The notes below the pieces were generated by a model. The model was not told where the DNA came from, did not search any database, and saw only the letters and a list, made by a program, of their open reading frames with translations. A stretch of 64,000 bases of DNA from an uncultured Candidatus Moduliflexus sp. (GTDB taxonomy: Bacteria > Moduliflexota > Moduliflexia > Moduliflexales > Moduliflexaceae), in the NCBI GenBank assembly GCA_964602655.1, contig CAZRSF010000014.1:21749-85748 (forward strand), in the 5' to 3' direction. Within the stretch, counting starts at the first letter, position 1, and every line of letters starts with the position of its first letter. Shown here piece by piece: positions 47,632-57,103 of the stretch. A program made the translations under genes and the position numbers.

Positions 47632-48525
47632 ATGATGACACGTATGGATGACTATCAATGGATGAAATTCAAAGAAAACCTCTACAAGGGATGTGTGTAT
47701 CTCTCGATGACGCTGATCGTCTTCGCATGTCTCTACCCGTTTCTGAATGTGCTGGCGTACTCATTAAGCAGTAATTTGGCGATTTTATCGGGTAAGGTGA
47801 CGTTTTATCCCATTGACATTCAACTCAATGCCTATAAAAACATGTTATCAACCAGTCGGCTCTTGAGTTCGTTGCGCGTCTCTCTGACAGTCACGATTCT
47901 TGGCACGGCGCTTTCTCTGTTTGTGACGACGTTAGCGGCCTATGCCCTGTCGAAAAAACGCTTGAAGGGCAGAGCGTTTTTGACGTTTTTCATCTTGTTT
48001 ACCTTGTATTTCAGCGGGGGAATTATTCCGACCTTTTTAGTGGTGAAGGAGTTAGGACTCTTGGATTCGATCGCCTCTCTGATCTTGCCAATCGCCGTCA
48101 GCGCGTTTAACTTTATTATCATGCGAGCGTTCTTTCAGCAACTGCCTGAAAGCTTGGAGGAAGCTGCGACGATAGATGGGTGCAACGATCTGATGTATTT
48201 GATTAAAATCGTGCTGCCATTATCCGGCCCGATTATTGCGACCATCGGTCTCTTCTATGCCGTAAACTATTGGAACGATTATTTTAACGGACTCTTATAT
48301 ATTACATCTCCCGAAAAATTTCCGTTGCAATTGTTGTTGCGACAACTTCTGTTTACTGAAGCGTTGAGTCAAATCTCGCTGACCGAGAATATCGGACAGC
48401 AGGTGATGCCAGAAGCAATGAAAGCGGCGGCAGTCATGGTCGCCATCGTGCCGATTGCGGCGATTTATCCGTTCTTGCAGAAATATTTCGTGAAAGGAGT
48501 GATGTTAGGGTCAGTGAAAGGATAA
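47632..48525 (+). CDS. Carbohydrate ABC transporter permease (CUT1; LplC-like)
   Basis: Six-TM permease with EAA motif (EEAATIDGCNDLMYLIKIVLP). Confidence 0.85.
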   Translation: MMTRMDDYQWMKFKENLYKGCVYLSMTLIVFACLYPFLNVLAYSLSSNLAILSGKVTFYPIDIQLNAYKNMLSTSRLLSSLRVSLTVTILGTALSLFVTTLAAYALSKKRLKGRAFLTFFILFTLYFSGGIIPTFLVVKELGLLDSIASLILPIAVSAFNFIIMRAFFQQLPESLEEAATIDGCNDLMYLIKIVLPLSGPIIATIGLFYAVNYWNDYFNGLLYITSPEKFPLQLLLRQLLFTEALSQISLTENIGQQVMPEAMKAAAVMVAIVPIAAIYPFLQKYFVKGVMLGSVKG

Positions 48526-48586
48526 GAGGGAGCGTCTGTCGTATAATGTGTTTTATCAATATATCTATCAAGGAGGAAGGTCACGC

Positions 48587-50137
48587 ATGAAAAAGCTCTG
48601 TATTCTACTCGTTATGACAGCGATGATGGCATGTACCCTGCCCATCTCCGTGTTTGCCGCAGATGAATTGATTGAAATATCGGTCATGCTCTTCGATCGT
48701 GGGAAAGTTCCCGCAGGCGAAGGAACCACCGATAAGAACCGTTGGACCGAATACATCAATCAGGAAATGGCCAAAGAAGGCATTCATGTGAATTTTGTGC
48801 TGGTGCCCAGAAGCGAAGAGTATCAAAAGGTGCCTGTGATGATGGCGTCTCAAACAGCGGCGGACATCATGATGACCTATAATTCGACGCAGGTCGAGCA
48901 ATGGTATCGTCAAGGCGGTCTGCATGATTTGTCTGAGTTGCTGGAAAAAAATGGTCAGCAAATCATTGCGTACAATACCAAAGATGTCCTGGACTATGCG
49001 AAATTAGAAGATGGCGCGCAATATGCCATTCCGGCAAGACGCTCGATTACAGCAGCGTTCAACGGATTTATCAGAAAAGACTGGTTGGACGCAGTCGGGT
49101 TGGCCGTGCCACAGACGCCTGATGAGTTATATGCCGTGCTCAAAGCCTTCAAAGAAAAAGACCCGGGGAAGATCGGCGCCGATAAAATGGTCGCATTCGG
49201 CTATTCCTCAGACGTGATGGCCAATTTAGCGTATGCCTTTATGACCTACGAAAATGATGTGACGTTCCGCACGAATCATATCGGTTTGCCCTCAGGAAAC
49301 GAAGCGGGTCATGTCTATGCCGACCCTGCCTTCAAAGGGTATTTTGCCTTCTTGAACAAACTCTATAATGAAGGATTGATGGACCCGGAATTCTTTACAT
49401 CGAAACTCGGTCAAAAAGAAAAAGAAGCGTTTGTCGCAGGCACGTTAGGCTATTGGGAAGCCAGCGTTGGGAGCAATGTCGATCCGTTGCGCGGCGGCTT
49501 GTTGCAGAATTTGAAGGCAACGGTGCCGAATGCCGATATGGTTGCCATTCCACCGTTTAAGAACGTGAATGACGGCAAAAAATATGTCAATGAGTATATG
49601 CCGACTGGCGCGTATGTGTTTATGCCGAAAACGGCGAAAAATCCGGAGGCAGCCATGAAATACCTGAACTTTTTAGCCGGTGACGGTGGAAAAACAATAT
49701 GGTTCGGTATCGAAGGCACGCACTATAAATTGGTGGACGGTTTTCCCGTTCCGATTGATGGCGCACTGAACGCAGTCCAACTTGACTGGATTCACCACGA
49801 TCTGTTCCTTGTCGGAAACCAGGGCTATTTCAAGACGGAAGAAGACTTTATCAAAACAACCGCGAATATGCTGCCGGAATACAAGCAGCATGTGATTGAT
49901 GACTATACGCTGGCATTAGACGGGTATAGACTTCGTCCATCGAACTTCAAGTCGAAGACTGAATTAGAAGAAGCGGGGAACTTAGATAAAGTCAACGCGG
50001 ATTACAAAATCAGAGCGATTACCTGCAAACCATCCGAATTTGACGAAACTTACGAAAAATATCGAAGTGAGTTGGCGAAATTCGGTATCGAAAAAGTGTT
50101 GGCAGAAAAAGCAGAACACTTCAGCGCTCAAAAATAA
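48587..50137 (+). CDS. Extracellular solute-binding protein, family 1 (LplA-like, ~515 aa); start at the Met at 48587 with an AGGAGGAAGG RBS (ORF opens at 48548)
   Basis: Signal peptide MKKLCILLVMTAMMACTLPISVFA and large SBP typical of oligo/polysaccharide CUT1 systems. Confidence 0.85.
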   Translation: MKKLCILLVMTAMMACTLPISVFAADELIEISVMLFDRGKVPAGEGTTDKNRWTEYINQEMAKEGIHVNFVLVPRSEEYQKVPVMMASQTAADIMMTYNSTQVEQWYRQGGLHDLSELLEKNGQQIIAYNTKDVLDYAKLEDGAQYAIPARRSITAAFNGFIRKDWLDAVGLAVPQTPDELYAVLKAFKEKDPGKIGADKMVAFGYSSDVMANLAYAFMTYENDVTFRTNHIGLPSGNEAGHVYADPAFKGYFAFLNKLYNEGLMDPEFFTSKLGQKEKEAFVAGTLGYWEASVGSNVDPLRGGLLQNLKATVPNADMVAIPPFKNVNDGKKYVNEYMPTGAYVFMPKTAKNPEAAMKYLNFLAGDGGKTIWFGIEGTHYKLVDGFPVPIDGALNAVQLDWIHHDLFLVGNQGYFKTEEDFIKTTANMLPEYKQHVIDDYTLALDGYRLRPSNFKSKTELEEAGNLDKVNADYKIRAITCKPSEFDETYEKYRSELAKFGIEKVLAEKAEHFSAQK

Positions 50138-50160
50138 AAGTAATACCAATTCGCGCCGTA

Positions 50161-50205
50161 GGGCGAAACTGTTGTTTCGCCCTTGACGAAACAACAGTTT
50201 CGTCA
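50161..50205. terminator. Two tandem 9-bp-stem palindromes (gggcgaaac-tgttg-tttcgccc and tgacgaaac-aacag-tttcgtca) after the SBP gene
   Basis: Read directly. The loops are reverse complements of each other, so the same element is effectively present in both orientations. Confidence 0.55.
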
Positions 50206-50363
50206 TACGAGTTATGAAAGTCACCACCTCTTCGCAAATCTTCTTGACACCTCTCGCCCGATTTTCGTTGATAGTTTCCTGAATTGTCATCTCGATACAC
50301 TGAGAATCGCACGGAACGATAATCCTCCCCGCCCCTCTTAAGAGGGGAATTCGATGGAATGAT

Positions 50364-52112
50364 ATGGAATTATATAAACGACTCTTACGATACGCGAAGC
50401 CCTACGCCGGACACATCCTGATTTCGTTGCTCTGCTCGCTGCTTGTGGGCGGCGCGACTTCGCTGGCTGCGATGCTTGTCAAAAATATCGTCGATCAAAT
50501 TTTCATGAGCAAAGACGAGGCCATGCTGCGCTATATCCCGTTCATGGTCTTAGGCGTGATTGCGGTGCAGGGGCTTGCCTCGTTCGGGCAGACCTATTTT
50601 ATCGAAGGCGTGGGGCAGCGGATTATTTTACAGTTCCGCCGCGAACTGTTTGCGCATTTGCAACGCCTGTCGCTCCGCTTTTTCGCGAAAAATACCACCG
50701 GTACGCTCGTGTCGCGCATCACCAGCGATGTCACGCTGCTGCAAAACGCCGTCGCCAACATCGTTTCCGATGCGATCCGGCAGGGCGTCACAGCGACCGG
50801 CCTCTTGTGCGTCGTGTTTTACCGCCATTGGCAGCTTGCGAGCATCGCCTTGCTCGTGCTGCCGGTGGCGATGGGGCTTGTGACGTATTTTGGCCGCAAA
50901 ATGCGGAAAAACAGCCATTCGCTGCAATTCAAAATGGCTGAGATCAATCATCTGCTGTATGAAAAGTTGTCCGGCATCCGCATTGTGAAAGCGTTCGGCG
51001 CGGAAAAGCTGGAAGAAGAACGTTTTACTGACGTGATTACCGGATTTTTCAGAAGCGCGATGCGCTCTGTCACTATTCAGGCCATCAATTCGTCCCTGTC
51101 TGAAGTGCTCGGCGGCATCGGCATTGCCGGGGTGATCTGGTATGGCGGCTATCAGGTGATTCGCGGCGAAACCACGCCCGGCACGTTTTTTTCGTTTATT
51201 ACCGCCCTGCTGCTGCTGTACGAACCGCTCAAACGCATCAGCAAATATAATATGAAAATTCAGCAGGCGTTAGCGGCGGCGGATCGGGTCTTCGAAATTT
51301 TAGACATGCCGCCCGATATTGTCGAAGTCGAACATGCGGTGGAACTGCCGCCGATTCGGCGCGGCATCGTGTATCAAAATGTCTCGTTCGGATATGAGAC
51401 CGAACCGATTTTACAACAGATATCGTTTACTGCGCCGGTCGGTCAGGTGACGGCGTTTGTCGGTCTGAGCGGCGCGGGAAAAACCACGCTGCTCAGTCTG
51501 CTCCCTCGTTTTTACGACGCCGTCGAAGGGCAAATTCTGATTGACGATATTGATATTCGGCAGGTCACGTTTGCTTCATTACGCGGGCAGATCGGGATCG
51601 TGACGCAGGACGTGATTCTGTTTCATGACACGGTTGCGAACAATATCGCCTACGGCGTTCGGAATTATGAGTTTGCCGACGTGATGCAGGCCGCGAAAAT
51701 CGCCAACGCGCATGAATTTATCGAAAAACTGCCGGAAGGGTATCAGACGCTGATCGGCGAGCGCGGCACGCGGCTTTCCGGCGGCCAGCGTCAGCGCTTA
51801 GCGATTGCCAGAGCGATTCTGAAAAATCCGCCGATTATTATTCTGGACGAAGCCACGTCGTCGCTGGATTCCGAGTCGGAACGCTTAGTGCAGGAGGCGA
51901 TTGCGAATCTGATGAAAGACCGCACCACGCTCGTCATCGCCCACCGCCTGTCCACGATTCAGAAAGCGAAACAGATTATCGTGTTGGACGCCGGAAAGAT
52001 TATCGAGAGCGGCACGCATCAGGAACTCCTTGTTAAAGAAGGCATCTACGCTCGATTATATGCGACACAGATGCTGCGCGGCGAAGAGGAAGAGGCGGAC
52101 GATGAAGAATGA
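50364..52112 (+). CDS. msbA: Lipid A/LPS export ABC transporter MsbA-like (fused TMD-NBD)
   Basis: Six-TM N-domain plus NBD with Walker A GLSGAGKTT, signature LSGGQRQRLAIARAIL and Walker B IIILDEATSSLD. Confidence 0.88.
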   Translation: MELYKRLLRYAKPYAGHILISLLCSLLVGGATSLAAMLVKNIVDQIFMSKDEAMLRYIPFMVLGVIAVQGLASFGQTYFIEGVGQRIILQFRRELFAHLQRLSLRFFAKNTTGTLVSRITSDVTLLQNAVANIVSDAIRQGVTATGLLCVVFYRHWQLASIALLVLPVAMGLVTYFGRKMRKNSHSLQFKMAEINHLLYEKLSGIRIVKAFGAEKLEEERFTDVITGFFRSAMRSVTIQAINSSLSEVLGGIGIAGVIWYGGYQVIRGETTPGTFFSFITALLLLYEPLKRISKYNMKIQQALAAADRVFEILDMPPDIVEVEHAVELPPIRRGIVYQNVSFGYETEPILQQISFTAPVGQVTAFVGLSGAGKTTLLSLLPRFYDAVEGQILIDDIDIRQVTFASLRGQIGIVTQDVILFHDTVANNIAYGVRNYEFADVMQAAKIANAHEFIEKLPEGYQTLIGERGTRLSGGQRQRLAIARAILKNPPIIILDEATSSLDSESERLVQEAIANLMKDRTTLVIAHRLSTIQKAKQIIVLDAGKIIESGTHQELLVKEGIYARLYATQMLRGEEEEADDEE

Positions 52113-52794
52113 CGATTGGCGGCTGCATGTCTTTCCGGCATGGCGGCAGACGTTTACGTCGTTAGCGCAAATTCGGGAGCTTCTTCGGTATCCCGAACGA
52201 ACGCTTCAGCAGAATTCTCGCGGCGTGGCGCTGCTGATTCAGCACGAAGGCGCGCGGTTTGTCGCCAAACGTTCGCTACGCCAGGAACGGCGCTGGTGGT
52301 CGCAATTCACCAGCCTGTATCGAGGCGGCGAAGGTGCGCGGTCGTCGCGCAATTTAGCGCGATTGGTCGAGGCCGGATTGCCTGTGCCGCAGCCCGTATT
52401 CGTCCTGGAGCGGCTGCGTTTCGGCATGACGGTCGCGTCCTGGGCTTGTTACGAATATCTTGACGGCGCGACGTGCTCATGCGAGCAAGCCGGAGAGATT
52501 GCCGCGACGCTGCGCCGCATTCATGCCGCCGGGTGGGTGCATCGCGATCCGCACGTCCAGAATTTTCTGCGGCATGATGGCGAAATTCGGATTCTCGATT
52601 GCGCGCGCGCCCGTCCCTGGCGGTCGCGCTACGCCCGGATGTATGATGTCGTCCTGCTCGACAACTGCTGTCCCGGCAGCGTCGCGCTGTACGGCGTCTC
52701 CGAGCGCGATCCGGTCTATCGCCTCGCCAAAGCCCAGAACAATCTGATCAAATTCTGGCGGCGCGCCAAACGCCGCCTGCGCCGAAACGGATAA
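52102..52794 (+). CDS. Lipopolysaccharide kinase family protein (Kdo/WaaP/KdkA-like); start at the Met at 52102, overlapping the msbA end (ORF opens at 52030)
   Basis: Kinase catalytic-loop-like GWVHRDPHVQNFL and DFG-like ILDCARAR. ~230 aa, like Kdo kinases. Confidence 0.65.
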   Translation: MKNDDWRLHVFPAWRQTFTSLAQIRELLRYPERTLQQNSRGVALLIQHEGARFVAKRSLRQERRWWSQFTSLYRGGEGARSSRNLARLVEAGLPVPQPVFVLERLRFGMTVASWACYEYLDGATCSCEQAGEIAATLRRIHAAGWVHRDPHVQNFLRHDGEIRILDCARARPWRSRYARMYDVVLLDNCCPGSVALYGVSERDPVYRLAKAQNNLIKFWRRAKRRLRRNG

Positions 52795-52833
52795 CCTCCG
52801 GGCAGGACGCCGCGAAGCCAGGGTCGAACCATC

Positions 52834-53697
52834 ATGAACGCGCCTCAATCGTTAACATTCATCTTGCCACAATATGACGTTCCCGCATTCCGCGAGCGGC
52901 TGAATCGTTTTTTTGACGTTGATCTCAAGACGCAAGCGCCGCTGACGGCCTACCCTGATCGCGAAGTGTACGTGTTGAAACGTCAATCGCCCGATATGCC
53001 GGGGGCTGAGACCATTTACCTCAAACGGTATGTTCTCATCAACGCCAAACAGATCGCGCAAGCGCTTTTTCGAACTCACAAATCCCAGAAAGCATGGCGT
53101 ATTGCGAACATTTTGCTGCAAAAAGGGATTCTCACGCCGCAGCCAGTCGCGTTTTTTCGTCGTCGGGCGCGCGGGGTTCCCGACGAATTCGTGTTGCTGA
53201 CCGAAGGCATTCCATCCGGCCTTTCGCTGCGGCAGTATGTGCGTCAATGGTTGGACGCGCAGCCGAAAGGCGAGCGCGTGAAATTGAAACGACGCTTGAT
53301 TCGCGGCGTGGCCGAATTTTTAGCGTCGCTTCATCTGGCAGGCGTCTATCATGGCGATTTGACGGCAAATAATATTTTTATCGAACTCCGGGAGGATGAT
53401 GTGCGCGTGTATCTTATCGATCTCGATTCCGTCCGCTCTACGCGCTGGATTTCCCGCCACCGCCGCATCAAAAATCTGGATGAATTGGGGCGGAATTTTC
53501 TTGAGTTGCGCTTGTTCAGCACCTCGGATCGCGTCCGGTTTCTTACATGCTACCTCGCCCGATATGGCAAAGACACCGAAACCGTTCGGGGGCTTTTTTA
53601 CGAGGTGTGGCAGCGAACGCAGTATCGGTTGCGCAAACATCGGCAGCGGTTCGTACAAGAGATTCCAGCGCCCGCTGAGAGAACTCCGAAGTCTTGA
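52834..53697 (+). CDS. Lipopolysaccharide kinase family protein (Kdo/WaaP/InaA-like), second copy
   Basis: Catalytic motif AGVYHGDLTANNIFIE and LIDLDSVR, typical of the Kdo/WaaP family. Confidence 0.7.
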   Translation: MNAPQSLTFILPQYDVPAFRERLNRFFDVDLKTQAPLTAYPDREVYVLKRQSPDMPGAETIYLKRYVLINAKQIAQALFRTHKSQKAWRIANILLQKGILTPQPVAFFRRRARGVPDEFVLLTEGIPSGLSLRQYVRQWLDAQPKGERVKLKRRLIRGVAEFLASLHLAGVYHGDLTANNIFIELREDDVRVYLIDLDSVRSTRWISRHRRIKNLDELGRNFLELRLFSTSDRVRFLTCYLARYGKDTETVRGLFYEVWQRTQYRLRKHRQRFVQEIPAPAERTPKS

Positions 53698-53722
53698 ACA
53701 CCTCGGCGTTCTCTTGAGAATC

Positions 53723-56209
53723 TCAGCAGATCAATATCGGCAGCGAGACGGTCTTCATGACCGACAGCGCCTCCTCGCCACCGACAATCACGAAATCGCG
53801 CTGATGGTCGCGCAGCAGTTTCGGCAGCGCGTCCTCACGTTCGTCTATCGAGCGCAGGATCGTGGCGCGCACATTGCGGCGCGAGACGTATTGAGCGATA
53901 AATGAACGCAAGAGCGGGTCATGGGTCGTCAGCAAGACTTCCAAATCGCAATCCCAATTCGACGCGAGATACGCGCTCACAAAAAGGGCTTCATTCGACT
54001 TGGGACTGCCGTCATACAGCAGCAGCGCGTTGCGCAGCGCGTGCGTCTGCGCGGGCATCGCAAGCGTCAACGGCGCGGAGCAGGAACGAGACAACGCGAG
54101 AATCTCCTGCGCGATTTCAAGGCGCGGCGTCTCCTGCAATAGCGGCCTCAGCAGCAATTCGACCTGTTGACCTGCCTGGGCGAGCGCCTCGGCCATTTCG
54201 CCGACTTCGACCTGAAATATTCCAGGGACGTCGGCAGCGCGGCAGCGTTGCTCGAATTGAATTTGCAGGGTCATGACGCGGTCACTGTCGCGTTGATGCG
54301 CCGACGACACAACATGCAGTGCGAGCAGATGCGCGTCTTCCTGCTGCGCAATCGCGAGCGCCTGATCCACGACTGCCCAGCCGTCTTTTGCGCCTGAAAG
54401 CGGAACGAGCACGGTCGCCACGAGATGATTCCGCCGCCGGTCAGCCAGATCGCGCCGCTGTTGATGTTGCTGTCGGGGCGAGTCTTCCTCGCGTTCGTCG
54501 AGTGCTTCAATGCGTTCGGTTTTTTTGCGCGGCACCGGCGACGATTTTTGCGCGCCGAACCGGGAGACTAAGTCTTGAATGACGCTGTCAAGCGGCAGCG
54601 CGTTTGCGGCCTGACGTTCCAACTGACTGCGATGTTCGCTCACCCATAAGTAGAGGTCGGTGGCGGTCAGATTCGGGAATTCCCGTGCTAACAGGAAGTC
54701 TTCGGAGACGGCGAGCACGGGCAGATATACGGTATCATACCAGTGCTGCACCGCGTCGCTGTAGGGAATTTCTCGGCGCTGTTCGATTCCCATGAAATAG
54801 CGATGCACTTCGATATGCTGCTCCAATGCGCGGTATTGGCCGGGCGTTGTGACTGTCAATTCGGCGTTCGGACGCAATTCATGCAGGCGGGTATGCAGCA
54901 GAAAATCAATGTATTCGATTTTAATCAGCAACTCGTCATAATCTTCATACGGGAAATTTTGAAGTTTGCTCCAGATTTCCTGAAGATAGGAGGCGTGTTG
55001 CGAGGCTGGCATCTGGCGCGACATCAGTTGATGCGCGGAAATCCAGAGATACAAATCAGTCAGGGTATAGACCGGAAAATCATCCACGAGATGCTGGCTG
55101 GCGATGACGTTGACAATCGGCAGATAGACGGTGTCATACCAGTGGGTCACGGCTTCGTAGTAGGGAATATAGCGATGTTGTTCCATCCAGAGGAAATAGC
55201 CGTGCCCTTGAATATGCTCGTCCAACAGGCGATATTTGCCGGGAGCGCTGAAGCGTACATCCGCGTCCGGGCGAAAAATACGGAGTTGCGTGCGTCGGAG
55301 GAAATCCTCGTATTCCATCTGAAGCTGCTGTTCATCGGCAAGGGCATTGTGCGCCGCCGCATGTGGCGACGAGGCGTCGGGAAGCGCTGAGACGGCCAAT
55401 GCGGAATGGCGCAGAATCTCGCGATGATCTGAGACCCAGATAAACAAATCGGTGGCGGTGCGTTCGGGAAAATCTCGCAGAATATGGCGCGGTTCGATAG
55501 TCGCAAGAGTCGGCGCATACACCGAGTCGTGCCAGTAGCAGGCGGCGTCTTCATACGAGACATCGCGGCGCTGCTGTTCGCTTAACACGGCGTGACAGAC
55601 GTCAATCTGATCGCTGAGAATATGGAATTTTCCCGGCACGGTGACGGTCATCTGAAGGGATGGACGGGTTTCGTTGAGCCGGGTTCGGTTGAAAAATGAG
55701 GCATATTCGGCCTGAAGAATAATCTCTTTGGGTTCGTTGACCCAGGAAACGCCCTGCGGCGGTTCAATCGTCGTCACGAATGCATCAATGACGGTTGCGC
55801 CGAGTTGACGGGCAAGCAGCACGCGATGATTGCCGTCGCTGACAAAATAGGATGACCCGATTTGATAGAGTTCGACCGGAGGCAAGCCCGCTTCTCCGGC
55901 CTCAGCCTGAATTTCGAAGATGCCTTCGTAGGCGACATTTCGCCGTTTTTGCGGAAGGAACGCCTGCCGAAAATCCTCGTAATGGCTGACGCTGCCGCTA
56001 ATGGCGTCAAGCGGAATCTGCCGAATTTCCCGATGGGCCGTATGTCGCGCATGTAAGCGTTTGTAGGCGTCGTCGTATGAAAAAATCGAAATCGGACGAT
56101 GCTGTAGAAACTCGACAATACAGGTCAAATCAGCTTTATAACGCGCTCGCCGAAAATCCTGAAGCGCAAAATATCCTAAAAATGGTGACATGCCGATCCC
56201 CTCCTTCAT
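53723..56209 (-). CDS. Large multidomain protein B (828 aa): ParB/Srx-like N-domain (VSDGNHRVLLARQLG), three ~105-aa repeats, tandem universal stress protein (UspA) domains
   Basis: DGNHR-x3-AR-x-LG motif of the ParB/sulfiredoxin fold. Three repeats carry conserved HxYFx, HWYD(T/S)VY(A/L)P and DL(F/Y)(I/L)W(I/V)S. The C-terminal ~280 aa are two Usp-like alpha/beta domains (LVPLSGAKDGW ... ; LLLYDGSPKSNEAL ... VIVGGEE). Confidence 0.75.
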   Translation of the reverse strand: MKEGIGMSPFLGYFALQDFRRARYKADLTCIVEFLQHRPISIFSYDDAYKRLHARHTAHREIRQIPLDAISGSVSHYEDFRQAFLPQKRRNVAYEGIFEIQAEAGEAGLPPVELYQIGSSYFVSDGNHRVLLARQLGATVIDAFVTTIEPPQGVSWVNEPKEIILQAEYASFFNRTRLNETRPSLQMTVTVPGKFHILSDQIDVCHAVLSEQQRRDVSYEDAACYWHDSVYAPTLATIEPRHILRDFPERTATDLFIWVSDHREILRHSALAVSALPDASSPHAAAHNALADEQQLQMEYEDFLRRTQLRIFRPDADVRFSAPGKYRLLDEHIQGHGYFLWMEQHRYIPYYEAVTHWYDTVYLPIVNVIASQHLVDDFPVYTLTDLYLWISAHQLMSRQMPASQHASYLQEIWSKLQNFPYEDYDELLIKIEYIDFLLHTRLHELRPNAELTVTTPGQYRALEQHIEVHRYFMGIEQRREIPYSDAVQHWYDTVYLPVLAVSEDFLLAREFPNLTATDLYLWVSEHRSQLERQAANALPLDSVIQDLVSRFGAQKSSPVPRKKTERIEALDEREEDSPRQQHQQRRDLADRRRNHLVATVLVPLSGAKDGWAVVDQALAIAQQEDAHLLALHVVSSAHQRDSDRVMTLQIQFEQRCRAADVPGIFQVEVGEMAEALAQAGQQVELLLRPLLQETPRLEIAQEILALSRSCSAPLTLAMPAQTHALRNALLLYDGSPKSNEALFVSAYLASNWDCDLEVLLTTHDPLLRSFIAQYVSRRNVRATILRSIDEREDALPKLLRDHQRDFVIVGGEEALSVMKTVSLPILIC

Positions 56210-56300
56210 GTACGTTCGTTAGCGCTCAAGCCAATCATTTACCAGTAAGTCAGGAACTCGCGAAAAGTCTTTGATATAATGCCATTTGCGTTCGAAGAGA

Positions 56301-57005
56301 TCATGTCTTCAAATCAAATTCTTCGAACACTTCGACAATATCCCGCGACAGAAACCAATCGTTTTTGACCCATTGCACGCTTGCGCAGACTGTCCGAGCG
56401 GTGGCCGACGCGCGGAGACGCCGAAGATGCGTCAGGAAGCCGGACGGATTGCGCAGCGGCGCTTGGAAGCGGACAATGGTGGCGTGCGCCGTCTCAATGC
56501 GATAGCGCGTGTCTAATGTGCCGCCCAATCCGCGTGCGGTTAAGATCGCTCGCAGATGGTCGCGCAGCAGATTCAGCGCGTTTTGTTCGGCAAAGCCTTG
56601 CATCATCAGGCCGTCGCGCGTCGCCGTGATGCCGCAAAACTCGATTCGGAAGCGTTCGATCTGCTTGAATGCGGTTCGCAGCGCCGCCTGATACGTCGCG
56701 TATTTGTGGTGATGTTCCGCGAACGCTTCGGTCGGCGCAAAGAGCGACAGCACGGTCACATGCAGTTCGTCAGGGTGATAATAATGCTGGTCTGGTTCGG
56801 ACGTTCGAATGTCCTGGATAACCGCATGAATTGCGTCGCGAGCGTCTTGATTCGGACGAATAATCAAGCTCCAGCCGCGTCGGCGATCCTGATGGCGGTT
56901 GCGCAGATGCGGATCGAGATGCACGTCTCCGCGTTCGATGGCGGCTGCGCCCTCGCGCCAGAGATCATCGTAAATCGGTTGTTCCGGTAAGAAATGCGTA
57001 TGCAT
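56301..57005 (-). CDS. 2H phosphoesterase superfamily protein (LigT / 2'-5' RNA ligase / cyclic phosphodiesterase-like)
   Basis: Two H-x-(T/S)-x motifs at the right spacing, ELHVTVLSL and TAHATIVRF. ~230-aa size. Confidence 0.65.
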   Translation of the reverse strand: MHTHFLPEQPIYDDLWREGAAAIERGDVHLDPHLRNRHQDRRRGWSLIIRPNQDARDAIHAVIQDIRTSEPDQHYYHPDELHVTVLSLFAPTEAFAEHHHKYATYQAALRTAFKQIERFRIEFCGITATRDGLMMQGFAEQNALNLLRDHLRAILTARGLGGTLDTRYRIETAHATIVRFQAPLRNPSGFLTHLRRLRASATARTVCASVQWVKNDWFLSRDIVEVFEEFDLKT

Positions 57006-57010
57006 AAATG

Positions 57011-57050
57011 CCTGTCAACCCTGTCAGGGTTTCGACCCCTGACAGGGTTA
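57011..57050. terminator. Perfect 11-bp palindrome ccctgtcaggg-tttcgac-ccctgacaggg between protein A and the 2H gene
   Basis: Read directly. It belongs to the same hairpin family as 3914, 29636 and 44088. Confidence 0.55.
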
Positions 57051-57103
57051 CGATTCATTGGCGACTGCGATATTTCAGGGCGGGGAGACCCCGCCCCTAC
57101 ACA

